The notes under the pieces: generated by a model | Seen by the model: the letters and a program-made list of their open reading frames with translations, nothing else | Databases searched by the model: none | Told to the model about the DNA's origin: nothing | Source: Thermoproteota archaeon | GTDB lineage: Archaea > Korarchaeota > Korarchaeia > Korarchaeales > Korarchaeaceae | DNA length: 64,000 nt | Assembly: GCA_015522685.1 (NCBI GenBank) | Contig: WALU01000035.1 | Coordinates: 1-64,000 of the forward strand | Reading direction: 5' to 3' | Part shown: piece by piece, positions 38,350-48,077 of the stretch | Position numbering within the stretch: the first letter of the stretch is position 1 | Layout of the letters: each line of letters begins with the position of its first letter | Translations under genes and position numbers: made by a program

Positions 38350-38725
38350 ATGATTTTATCCTCTCAGAAAACCATTTAGGTTCTCTAGAAAGCTTAATTA
38401 GAGGAAATGTCATACTGCCAGCGGATAGGAAGTCTGAGAAATTAAACTGCTCTCCACCTTCATCTGCTTTATATATAAGGAAGCTTCTTGTTTCATTTCC
38501 CTTATAGATTGTATAGGAGAACATATCTGGCTTTGCCGCTCCGTAGTTATTAGCGAATGTGCCTATAACTCTTTCATTTAGAGAATTACTCCAGAATTCA
38601 ATGAGGACTGCAATGGAGCTAGATGCAGCAGCAAGTCTTAATAAGTCAAGCAGTGAGTTAACCTCGAGAAGCTCAAGCTCCCATTGACACTCCTCCTTGT
38701 CCTCCGAATCCATTAAACTCATCAC
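38333..38725 (-). CDS. Hypothetical protein ('EVNSLLDLLRLA' TACK-type small protein)
   Basis: ORF in an apparent operon with overlapping neighbours. Confidence 0.55.
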   Translation of the reverse strand: MMSLMDSEDKEECQWELELLEVNSLLDLLRLAAASSSIAVLIEFWSNSLNERVIGTFANNYGAAKPDMFSYTIYKGNETRSFLIYKADEGGEQFNFSDFLSAGSMTFPLIKLSREPKWFSERIKSYEGRK

Positions 38726-38757
38726 AATTTTCCTCTGCTATATGTTATAACATTTAT

Positions 38758-39483
38758 CTAGCTTTCTGGAAGCCCGGAGATATATAGAGATTCAGCCATC
38801 TCTGTAATTACCTTAAGCATCTTCTTCTCTGATATATATAGACCCTTCTCGAGATCATCATCTGATACTAAGGCCGCTCTCTCACTTACTATAGCAAAGA
38901 GTCTATGACTGCCGATCCTTACGTCCATAGGACCTAGTACCTCGATCCCTTCATAGGCCTCGTGGGTATCTACTAACAGACTTATCTTCGCATGCGGTAG
39001 CTTCTTAGGAAGTATTCTCCTATTCTTGCTGGATATAATTAATATGAGGAATTCTCTAGCATCACTTATCAATATTGATGAGATTTTTTCTATTAGAAGT
39101 CTGCTTATAGGAAGTATAACCTCTCCAAGGATCCATAATCCTTCTGCTACTTCTAAGTGAGAGATCTTCTTAAGGATAGATATCTTCCTTGTGGCTTCTT
39201 CTATAATTTTGTCAAAGAGGAGAGAAGATAGTATTTCTGGTGATGGTACAGAGAAAATCATCGGCCTTCCAGGATTTATACTGATGAGATTAGCTTCAGC
39301 TAGCGAGTATAGAGCTGAATACACCTTTGTTCTGGGAACACCAGTAGCTGAGCTTATTTCCCTTGCTCTAAGAGGTGTTCTTGCGAAACTTAGGTATGCG
39401 AGGATTTCTGATTCGTAATTAGAGAATCCCAATTCTTTGAGAATTCTTTTCATATTAGCTAATGTTTTGTCCTTTTTAACCAT
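38758..39483 (-). CDS. TrmB family transcriptional regulator
   Basis: LKELGFSNYESEI, AREISSATGVPRTKVYSAL..L. Confidence 0.88.
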   Translation of the reverse strand: MVKKDKTLANMKRILKELGFSNYESEILAYLSFARTPLRAREISSATGVPRTKVYSALYSLAEANLISINPGRPMIFSVPSPEILSSLLFDKIIEEATRKISILKKISHLEVAEGLWILGEVILPISRLLIEKISSILISDAREFLILIISSKNRRILPKKLPHAKISLLVDTHEAYEGIEVLGPMDVRIGSHRLFAIVSERAALVSDDDLEKGLYISEKKMLKVITEMAESLYISGLPES

Positions 39484-39803
39484 TACTCAGATTCCACCAT
39501 CTCAGTTATGATCTTACCTTCTGTTATCCTTCTAACTTTAGCCATCACGGTCAGTCCCGGATCGGCAGCTCCCACTATAATAACCGTTCTCCCCTTATAC
39601 ATTCCTTCCCCTTCCCCTCTTCTATTAACTGATTGTACTAGTACCTCTATTATATCTCCTGGCTTTATTGAGGGTGATCTCCCCTCAATCTTATCGAACT
39701 TAGTTACATAGAGGGTTCCTCTTGCTTTCCTTCCCAATCTCCCCTTCCAACCTCTAGAAGAGTTGGCCTCTTTTGGATTCTTTCTGGGCATGTTATTCCC
39801 CAA
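39483..39803 (-). CDS. Single TRAM domain protein (RNA chaperone-like)
   Basis: IKPGDIIEVLV.SV.RRGEGEG..KG..VII.GA.DPG.TV.AKV. Confidence 0.75.
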   Translation of the reverse strand: MGNNMPRKNPKEANSSRGWKGRLGRKARGTLYVTKFDKIEGRSPSIKPGDIIEVLVQSVNRRGEGEGMYKGRTVIIVGAADPGLTVMAKVRRITEGKIITEMVESE

Positions 39804-39852
39804 CGCTTTTGTGTTATATGTATTTTCTAACTTAAAAATACTTTTCCAAAGA

Positions 39853-41238
39853 TCAGTCCAGGATGACGAGACCCATCACGTCCATAACGTTAGTTAGAGT
39901 AGGACCTGTGATTATAGTATCCCCTAGCCATGAAAAGAATGTGTGAGAATCATTGTCTTTTAAGAAATTTTCTGGCTTTAATTTTTCTCTGAGAGCTCTC
40001 TCTAAGGTGTAGCCATCACATATGGCTCCAGCAGCATCGGATATTCCATCTATACCATCAGTCCCTATGGACCCCAAGGCCACTCCTTCGAGCCCAGAGA
40101 GTGATCTTACTGCCCCAAGTATAAGTTCCTGATTCCTTCCTCCAATGCCTTGGCCTGTAACTGTTACTGTTGTTTCTCCTCCCAAGATAACGGCTGCCGG
40201 AGGAGAGATTGGTATAGCATCCCTTGATATGGATATTGCTAGACCTGCTAAGAACTTACCGATATGTTGGGCCTCTCCTTGAGCCCTAGCTCCTAAAGAT
40301 AAGGCGTTATAGCCCATCGATGCTAAAGACCTCTCAGCTGCCTGAATAGCTCTTTTGTTGTTTGCAACTATCACGTTAATTACTCTATCGAAGACTTTAT
40401 CATCTGGCTTGGGTGTTTCGGGGATCTTCCCTTCTAATCCACCCTTGATCGTTTTAATAATCGATTTTGGCATCTTTTTGATCAAGGAGTAGTTTTCTAA
40501 GACATTCCATGCGTCTTCAAAAGTCGTTTCATCGGGAGCCGTTGGTCCAGATGCTATGGAATCCAGGGGATCTCCTATCACATCAGAAATTATTAAAGAT
40601 ACTACTGTAGCGGGATAGGCAGCTTTAACTAGTCTCCCTCCTTTTATCTTAGATACATGCTTTCTGACTGAATTTATCTCTCTTATATCCGCTCCACTTA
40701 AAACCAAAAGTCTATTCATCTCTCTTAAGTCCTCAAGGGTTATACCTTCCATAGGATAATCCATAAGAGTGGATCCTCCACCTGATATCAGAGCTAATAT
40801 TAGATCCCTTTCACTGGCCTTATTAGCAATTCTGAGGATCTCTTTTGCACCAATTAAGCTCCCTTTATCCGGTATGGGATGGCCTGCCGGATTTAATTTT
40901 ATTTTAGATAGTTTAACCACTTTCTCTGTTTTTACTGGGGCATTAACGAATCCCTCTCTTATTTTATCCCCTATTTTATCTTCAACGGCCTTGGCCATTA
41001 AACTCCCAGCTTTACCAGCCCCGACGACATATGCATTGTCAAATGAGGATACTTTAATCGAAGAGGTTCCAAGGAATACCTCTTCACTGGATAATTTACT
41101 AGATATTACTTTATATGAATCAACAGATACTAGGGCCTTATCAAAGGCCATTAAAAGAGACCTTCTTGCATCTTTATCTTTCCTTGTAGCTCCATTGTCT
41201 ATCAAATCTTCTGCATTTTTTATATAGACAAAGGTCAT
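39853..41238 (-). CDS. Glycerate 2-kinase (MOFRL family)
   Basis: GAGKA, AGHPIPD, ISGGGS, KGGRL, SDVIGD, GGETTV, GGRNQE, GTDGIDG, TNVMD. Confidence 0.92.
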   Translation of the reverse strand: MTFVYIKNAEDLIDNGATRKDKDARRSLLMAFDKALVSVDSYKVISSKLSSEEVFLGTSSIKVSSFDNAYVVGAGKAGSLMAKAVEDKIGDKIREGFVNAPVKTEKVVKLSKIKLNPAGHPIPDKGSLIGAKEILRIANKASERDLILALISGGGSTLMDYPMEGITLEDLREMNRLLVLSGADIREINSVRKHVSKIKGGRLVKAAYPATVVSLIISDVIGDPLDSIASGPTAPDETTFEDAWNVLENYSLIKKMPKSIIKTIKGGLEGKIPETPKPDDKVFDRVINVIVANNKRAIQAAERSLASMGYNALSLGARAQGEAQHIGKFLAGLAISISRDAIPISPPAAVILGGETTVTVTGQGIGGRNQELILGAVRSLSGLEGVALGSIGTDGIDGISDAAGAICDGYTLERALREKLKPENFLKDNDSHTFFSWLGDTIITGPTLTNVMDVMGLVILD

Positions 41239-41256
41239 GAATAGTTCCTCCTTCTC

Positions 41257-42478
41257 CTACCTGACTCTCCCCTCTTTGTTTGAATTAAACTTGATATATC
41301 TTCTGGATGTACCACATACCTTCCTGTCATATCTTGCGAGTACATTCTATTTCTCCTCTTTTGAGATCTAAAGATTTTAGGATCCCGACATAGGCTTTGT
41401 CTTTAAGAAGGCTTGTATATGGTCTTTATAATCCTCTAATGAAGTAGTTCTTATATCTTTATTTAACAGATTGGATAATATTGCATATCCACCCCCTGGT
41501 TATCAGAGTCTCTATGAAGATCGTAATTAAGTATATTTAAGATTTCTCTATCCAGTAGCCTTAACTCTCAACAGATCTCCTAGGAGCGGAGTATATTCAA
41601 GCTTCTCTCTTCCTGTATCTATAAATATATTTTTAAGTATAACTCCCTCCAATCTAAGTTTCCTGATACGCCATCCTGCAAATATCCCCTAATTGAGGGT
41701 TTCTAGCACTAATCATGTAAGGGCATTGTATTTTTAGTATTATAACGAGGGAATTTACCTCTTGACCTCAATTTCCTTCGGAATATTCTTATTATGTACT
41801 CTAAGTCATCTCTCTTTCTATGGCTATATAACGCCAGGCTCAGTGAACTCTCTCTTAAAGTTCTTTAATACTCTCGCGGATCCTTATCTACGAATCCGTG
41901 GTGTTTATCAGAACGGTATCTGTTTTGGATTCTTTTGAGCGTACCTAGGATGCCCTTCATCATAAGTAAGAAATGACCTGCGGATGTTTTATTTCCTATG
42001 AAATAAATAAAGTCTAGTTCTAAGAACTTTATATGGATTATTGAGGAATTTAAAAGTGCTCTAAGGATATAGCTCCAGGTAGTCCTAAGCCTGATTGATC
42101 TATATCCGAGTTCAGTAAGGTTACTGGATTATTTTTGCCGATCATCTTGTTAGCTAAATATAATACTGAAGAACCCTTTCCTGAATTAGTCTTTCCTAAA
42201 AATAAGGATTTCTTTCTCACTAGGTAACTAGATAAGGGATACCACCAACGGGGAATAGACTCCTTGCCTTCCTTTGCCTTTACTTTACGTAATATCCATC
42301 TATCTATATCTATTGTAGAATCTGTTCTTGCCATTCTTAGTAAATTGATTTCCTCTATTAAAAGTACTAGCTTTCTCTATAACTCTCTTCTATACCTCAG
42401 TTTTGCCTGCTATCATATTAAATGAGGCTGGGGATCTTAATATGATATCTTCTCCCTTTGAGAGGATGACTCACTCAT
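41257..42478 (-). pseudogene. Clp1/Grc3/Nol9-type polynucleotide 5'-hydroxyl kinase pseudogene
   Basis: LSKGEDIILRSPAS N-terminus; decayed Walker A GKTNSGKG, YLANK, 'SDIDQSGLGLPGAISL' (cf. DADIGQSDIGPPG); C-terminal 'VGILKSLDLKRGEI'; many stops and frameshifts. Confidence 0.8.
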
Positions 42479-42661
42479 TTATAGTTCATGGTTTAGTACT
42501 CAGATTATTTAAGGATTAATATCATATATTCGAGTATACTAGGATTTTTAAGAGAAAAATTACCGTTCGTTTATTAGAGGATGCTTATAAAAAATGATTT
42601 TTATATGAGAAGCTTTATTGTAACTAAGTAGGCGGTTTAAATAGATGGTAAATACGGCTAT

Positions 42662-43390
42662 GTGAAAATAGGTTGCTGTGGATTTCAAATATCTAGAAAT
42701 AAGTATTTTGAGAATCTCAGATTAGTAGAAATTCAGAAGACGTTCTATAAGCCACCTAGGTTGAGCACGCTTGAAAGGTGGAGGAGAGAGGCTCCCGGGG
42801 ATTTTGAATTTACAGTAAAAGCCTGGATGGCTTTTACTCATGATCCGAGGAGTAGAATCTGGAGTAAAACTGGATTGCCGCGAGAGGAGGATTATGGATT
42901 ACTAAAGCCCACAAAGAGAAATTTCGGCATATGGGAAGAGTTTAAGGAGGTAATTAAGAAATTGAATGTAAGAGTTGTAGTATTCCAAAGTCCTCCTTCC
43001 TTTAAAGCTACAAAGGAGAACGTGAATAACGCTAATAGGTTCTTCTCCTCTATAAAGGGAGATTTTAGACTAGCTTGGGAAGTAAGGGATGAAAGCTGGG
43101 TATTGAGTAAAGATTTCTACCTCATCTTAAAGAGTCATGATATAACTCATGTTGTCGACCTGCTACGTAAAACGCCGCTTTATGGCAAGTTTAGGTATTA
43201 CAGGCTGCATGGAGCTAGAAAAGATAAGAAAATAGTATATTCTTATAAATACAGTAAGGAAAATCTCTCTAACATAGTTAGTTTAATAAAGAAATTTCAG
43301 CTTGGGGAGAACTACGTTCTCTTTAATAACTCTTATTATAGCTTTGAGAATGCTATACAGCTAAAGGAAATGCTAGCTCAATCTAAGTAG
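42662..43390 (+). CDS. DUF72 (YecE-like) TIM-barrel protein
   Basis: IGCCGF, VEIQKTFY, FEFTVKA, FQSPPSF, WEVR, YYRLHG, YVLFNN. Confidence 0.9.
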   Translation: MKIGCCGFQISRNKYFENLRLVEIQKTFYKPPRLSTLERWRREAPGDFEFTVKAWMAFTHDPRSRIWSKTGLPREEDYGLLKPTKRNFGIWEEFKEVIKKLNVRVVVFQSPPSFKATKENVNNANRFFSSIKGDFRLAWEVRDESWVLSKDFYLILKSHDITHVVDLLRKTPLYGKFRYYRLHGARKDKKIVYSYKYSKENLSNIVSLIKKFQLGENYVLFNNSYYSFENAIQLKEMLAQSK

Positions 43391-44661
43391 TACCATCCCT
43401 CCATCTTATGCCAATCCCATGTAATGCCTTGGCCTATAGCCATACCGTATATTATAGTTCCTCTCCATACACTAAATTGCGGGTTAGGCACAATTTTAGG
43501 TTGAGTCTCTAGACCTATAGATTTCATCATTAGTTTTAGCTTTGTAGGAGAGTCTGTTGCTATTCCTTCAAGGCCCTTAGGTATAACCCAATTGAAAGCG
43601 CCTCCAGATAATATTATGTTTTTAGATATAGAAGATTGTAGCTCTACAGGAGTCTTGGAGATTGATAATCTAATTGCCTCAGCTAAACTCACATTACCTG
43701 GAACTATCTCTCCTCCAGCCAGCGTATCCTTCGGCAGCGTGAATCCTCTTGAATAATAACTCTCGAATATCTCGTGATTAGGATTAAAGAAAAATTCTCC
43801 TATCAAAAATCTCTGCCAAACCTTTTCTCCCATGTCTATTTCAACAGTGGTACCTGGTATCCTAAATATAGATTGAAGAGCGCTCGGATGTTCTTTGGCC
43901 CAATTAACAGCCTTCTCCAAATTAAGAGGAAGCAGTCCTACAGACTCCTTGAATATTCTAACGAACTTTCCTTCCCTAGCAAGGTCAGAATATCCCATAT
44001 CTTTCAGGATTTGAGCTGCAATTCTATCTGAATCACTTCCACCTCTATTCAGTGGTATTAAAGCTGCCTTAATAACGTCTCTGCTTATTGGCGTTATTTG
44101 AGTGTTTCCATGGCCTGCTTCAACAACTACGCATGTGATAGCTTTCTCAGATATTGCAACTGCAAGAGGTTGGGGTATTATCGTAACAGCCCTTACTAAA
44201 TCCCCTCCTTCCTCCTGATTTACCTCCTTATGAAGTTCGAAAAGCTTCTCATACATATAGGTAGGGGCCTGAGCTGCCAGCGCAGCCACTATATAAAAAC
44301 CGTTAAAGAGAACGCCTGTCGTATCTGTTTTCCTTGGATGGTACTTTAGGAGCCCGTACCTTATTAGCTCCTTAATGACCTCCCATCCTCTATCATTATT
44401 TCTGTCTACTATTCCATTTCTCATAGGATAGTAAAGCCTAGAAAGATCTGCCCTTGACTCAAGATATTCCGAGACATTATTGCCTACTACAACTTCTTTA
44501 GCTTCTACGCCTCTTATTTCAGCCGAAATCTTTGAGACCTTAGGAAAATATCCTCTATTCTCAGTCATATCCGGTCCTGTTTTCATTAGCCACCAAGGAC
44601 CGAACTTATAATAAGATGTGCCAAAATCAGAGCCAAAGATGGGTTTACTCGTGACTGACAA
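43378..44661 (-). CDS. Crenactin (archaeal actin)
   Basis: DFGTSYYKFGP, AVTIIPQPLAVAI, EAGHGNTQ, LNRGG, RFLIGE, IILSGGAF, PQFSVWRG, EGW; matches crenactin motifs from memory. Confidence 0.9.
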   Translation of the reverse strand: MSVTSKPIFGSDFGTSYYKFGPWWLMKTGPDMTENRGYFPKVSKISAEIRGVEAKEVVVGNNVSEYLESRADLSRLYYPMRNGIVDRNNDRGWEVIKELIRYGLLKYHPRKTDTTGVLFNGFYIVAALAAQAPTYMYEKLFELHKEVNQEEGGDLVRAVTIIPQPLAVAISEKAITCVVVEAGHGNTQITPISRDVIKAALIPLNRGGSDSDRIAAQILKDMGYSDLAREGKFVRIFKESVGLLPLNLEKAVNWAKEHPSALQSIFRIPGTTVEIDMGEKVWQRFLIGEFFFNPNHEIFESYYSRGFTLPKDTLAGGEIVPGNVSLAEAIRLSISKTPVELQSSISKNIILSGGAFNWVIPKGLEGIATDSPTKLKLMMKSIGLETQPKIVPNPQFSVWRGTIIYGMAIGQGITWDWHKMEGWYYLD

Positions 44662-45274
44662 TTTTCAGCACCTTCCTAAGATTCATCAACTCTTCTGCTT
44701 TTATTACCTCGGTGGGGCTTACCTTCCCCGTATTAAAGTCTACCTTAACACCTTCAGCTATCAGTAGAGATGCTTTTATTATAGAGCCATAGCTATAGCC
44801 ACCTATTCTCATATCACTCCTTATTACCCTATGGCAAGGTATTATGAGGGGAAAAGGATTTTTCGATGCATAATTCCCAGCTGCTCTCGGAGAAGTTCCT
44901 AAAGATCTAGCTAACTCTCCATATGTCGTGACTTTACCTCTAGGAATGGCTCTCATTAGTAGTAGAGCATTCCAAAACTTTTCTCTAGGATGCCTAGCTA
45001 ACTTAATGCTTTGCAGCTCTGAGTCTAGGCCCGAGAAGAGTCCATGTATGCAATGAGCTATCTCAGTAGCTATTGGTATGTGATACTCTGAGATGAGTTC
45101 TATAGAGTTACCCCAAGTGGAGTAGCAGGTAGCCCTTAAATCAGCTTCTGTGTCCATTCTTGATGATAGAGGTATCGTATTGCAGCATAGTTCTTTCCCA
45201 TTCATTCCTATGCCAATGTATCTCCCATCTATTTCTTCAATGACATATCTAATCACTTTACTGGCCACCCGCAT
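44645..45274 (-). CDS. ogt: Methylated-DNA--protein-cysteine methyltransferase
   Basis: IPRGKVTTYGELA, SPRAAG, NP.PLIIPCHRVI, LLIAEG. Confidence 0.92.
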   Translation of the reverse strand: MRVASKVIRYVIEEIDGRYIGIGMNGKELCCNTIPLSSRMDTEADLRATCYSTWGNSIELISEYHIPIATEIAHCIHGLFSGLDSELQSIKLARHPREKFWNALLLMRAIPRGKVTTYGELARSLGTSPRAAGNYASKNPFPLIIPCHRVIRSDMRIGGYSYGSIIKASLLIAEGVKVDFNTGKVSPTEVIKAEELMNLRKVLKIVSHE

Positions 45275-45333
45275 TCACCATGCTAATGGGTAAGTGTGCT
45301 ATTTAAAGGGAAATATGACCTTTTCTTATCTGT

Positions 45334-46374
45334 ATGGAATTAGTTAAGATTGATGGGAGTTATGGAGAGGGTGGGGGATCTATTCTAAGGTATGCTTTGT
45401 CTCTCTCTGCAATAACGTTGAAACCTGTAGAAATATTTAATATAAGAGCAAAGAGAGATAGACCTGGATTAAGACCACAACACCTGAATGCCGTTAGAGC
45501 TTTAGCTAAGTTAGTTGATGCTCGTGTTGAAGGGGGTTACATAGGCTCTAAGAGGATAGTTTTCATACCCCAACATGGAAGATCTGGGAGGTTTGAAATA
45601 GACATAGGTACAGCAGGAAGTATAAGCTTGATCGTGCAAGCTCTTTTACCTGCTAGTATTAGTGCAGATAGAGAAGTAATCTTCTTGATTAGAGGAGGTA
45701 CAGATGTTCCTATGGCTCCCCCCATAGACTATATGAAGGAAGTATTCCTGAGAAATATAGCTCTCATGGGAGCTAAAGTAGAGATGAGCATTCATAAGAG
45801 AGGCCATTATCCGAGGGGAGGAGGAATTGTTGAAGTAAGAATATTTCCCTCTAGCCTAGATTCTATAGTTAAAGTTCGGAGGGACAATGTTCAGAGGATC
45901 AGGGGAAGAACCCACGCTGTTAAGCTCCCTAGGCATGTGACAAGCAGAATTGCTAAATCAGCAGCTAAAATACTCATCGAGAGAGGATTATCGGTTGATA
46001 TAGAGGAGGAGTGGTCTGAGAATTCCCATCTTGGGCCAGGAGCAGGGATAGTGCTATGGACTGATAGTTCTCCAGTTATAGGCTCTGATGACCTTGGAAA
46101 GAGGAGAAAGCCTAGTGAAGAAGTTGGTAGAAATGCCGCGCTAAGGTTGCTTGAGGAGCTAGATACAGGAATGGCTCTAGACAAGCATTCTGGGGATATG
46201 ATTGTCCCTTACTTAGCTATGTCCTCTGGAAAATCTAGAGTAGGTATTTCGAAGCTTACTTTGCATGCTGAAAGTAATATATGGCTGGTGAAGCAATTCC
46301 TATCAGTTAGATTTAGGGTAGAGGGTGGATTAGATAAGCCCTCTATAGTAGAAGTGGAAGGAGCAGGTGTCTGA
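45334..46374 (+). CDS. rtcA: RNA 3'-terminal phosphate cyclase
   Basis: DGSYGEGGG, PGLRPQH, GTAGS, GGTDVP, RGHYPRGGG, D.HSGD, LTLHAESN. Confidence 0.93.
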   Translation: MELVKIDGSYGEGGGSILRYALSLSAITLKPVEIFNIRAKRDRPGLRPQHLNAVRALAKLVDARVEGGYIGSKRIVFIPQHGRSGRFEIDIGTAGSISLIVQALLPASISADREVIFLIRGGTDVPMAPPIDYMKEVFLRNIALMGAKVEMSIHKRGHYPRGGGIVEVRIFPSSLDSIVKVRRDNVQRIRGRTHAVKLPRHVTSRIAKSAAKILIERGLSVDIEEEWSENSHLGPGAGIVLWTDSSPVIGSDDLGKRRKPSEEVGRNAALRLLEELDTGMALDKHSGDMIVPYLAMSSGKSRVGISKLTLHAESNIWLVKQFLSVRFRVEGGLDKPSIVEVEGAGV

Positions 46375-46376
46375 TA

Positions 46377-48077
46377 TTGGAATATGATGAGGAGTTCATG
46401 AAAAGAGTGAATATTGTGGCATCTAGAGCTGGTTTAAGCGTGGAGAAGGTTCTCCAAAAGGTAGAGCAGTACATTCAAGAGATGAGAGGCCTAGTAAAGT
46501 TAGATGGTGCTCTTTCTTTAGTAGCCAATGATCTAGGGGTTGGCCCCTCCCTACCCAGCGAAATTCCCTCTTATCTGGTGATAAAAATAGATAGGCTTGT
46601 ACCGGGGATGAGAAAGGCTACAATCCAAGGTAAAATTGTGAGAATGTATGGCATCTTAGAGTATGTAAACAGAAGCGGAGAACCTTCTGAAAGAGTTGAG
46701 TTCAAAATAGCTGATGAAACAGGTCAAATAGATGTAATTGCTTGGTCTAAAAGCGTAGTCGATATGATAAAGAGAGGAGAGCTAAAAGAGGGAACCGTGG
46801 TAAGGATAAGTAGCGCTAGAGCCTCAGAGAGATTTGGGAGAATTACACTCCATCTAGACTCCAATTCAGATATCGAGATACTCTCTTCAGGATATGAAGA
46901 TGTAAAAATTTTAGAGAGAAAGCCCCTGAAGATAAGTGAAATCTATGATAAAGGAGGAGAGGAGATAGATTTCGAGGGGATTATCTTGAGTATTTTTCCA
47001 ATATCAGAGTTCACAAGAGAAGATGGAAGCATGGGTAAGAGAAGTTCCTTGATAATGAGGGATAAGGAAGGAGGAACTATAAGAGTTGTTTTATGGGGAA
47101 ATAAAGCTAAGACATCCGATGAATTGAGTGAGGGGTCCATTGTTCTGCTCGAGAATGTCAGGGTAGTCATTAGGGATGATTCTGTTGAGCTCCATAGTAC
47201 TCCTCGAACGAAGTTTAGTGTAATAAGAGAGGGGAAGGAGGAGAGAAGAGATATAGAGGCTAATGTCTTATATAAATTTCCAGTAGAGGAGGTAGGAATA
47301 ACCAAAAAGAAGAGATTTTTGGATCTTTTAGTGGAGACAGATGGAGAGCTAAGCATATTAAGGATATGGAATGAATGGGTAAAGCTTTTCGAGAGAGAAG
47401 ATCCTCCATTTAGGATTAAATTAGGCCCTACATACAGAGGAGAAGATGGAATTCTCATGCTCAGTAAGTCAGGTGAGGTGGAGATCCTAGGAAGATCGAA
47501 AGAGAAGCTATCGCCTAATATAGAAGAATTATCTAAGAAGATTAAGTATAAGAGAATGTGGATAGGAGAATCTTCAGATGGTTTAAGAGAGTTCAGAGGT
47601 ACAGTAACATATATTTCTGACTTGGCAAAAATATCTTTTTATTGTCCTAATTGTGGATCACGAGTTAAACCTGAATATGGAAAATTTTATTGTCCTAATT
47701 GTGGAGAGATAGAGAACGCTATTCCTCTATTATATCTTAGTTTTATCGCAGACGATGGAACTGGAATAGCCAGAGTTATAGCATTCAGAGAAAAAGCTGA
47801 ATCTATTCTGGGGATGACTACCAAAGATGCTATTGAGAGGTCGAATGAATTAGGGGAGGCAACCTATTCAATTCCTACCGAGCATATAATTCCCAACTTA
47901 CTAGGAAAGGAGGTTATAGTTAGGGGGAGAGCAACCTATCTAGAAAGTGGTGTAGTAAAGTTAATTCTCGACGAAATCAGAGAAGTAGATCCTAAGCAAG
48001 AGATTAGAGAGTTAATGAAGGAAATAAGAGACTCATGGCTCTCAGGAAGTGATAATCTTGAGAATAGTGATGGATGA
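46377..48077 (+). CDS. rpa: Replication protein A (multiple OB folds + Zn finger)
   Basis: OB motifs IADETG..VIAW, RDKEGG.IRVVLW, ADDGTG..RVIAF; CPNC...CPNC. Confidence 0.85.
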   Translation: MEYDEEFMKRVNIVASRAGLSVEKVLQKVEQYIQEMRGLVKLDGALSLVANDLGVGPSLPSEIPSYLVIKIDRLVPGMRKATIQGKIVRMYGILEYVNRSGEPSERVEFKIADETGQIDVIAWSKSVVDMIKRGELKEGTVVRISSARASERFGRITLHLDSNSDIEILSSGYEDVKILERKPLKISEIYDKGGEEIDFEGIILSIFPISEFTREDGSMGKRSSLIMRDKEGGTIRVVLWGNKAKTSDELSEGSIVLLENVRVVIRDDSVELHSTPRTKFSVIREGKEERRDIEANVLYKFPVEEVGITKKKRFLDLLVETDGELSILRIWNEWVKLFEREDPPFRIKLGPTYRGEDGILMLSKSGEVEILGRSKEKLSPNIEELSKKIKYKRMWIGESSDGLREFRGTVTYISDLAKISFYCPNCGSRVKPEYGKFYCPNCGEIENAIPLLYLSFIADDGTGIARVIAFREKAESILGMTTKDAIERSNELGEATYSIPTEHIIPNLLGKEVIVRGRATYLESGVVKLILDEIREVDPKQEIRELMKEIRDSWLSGSDNLENSDG

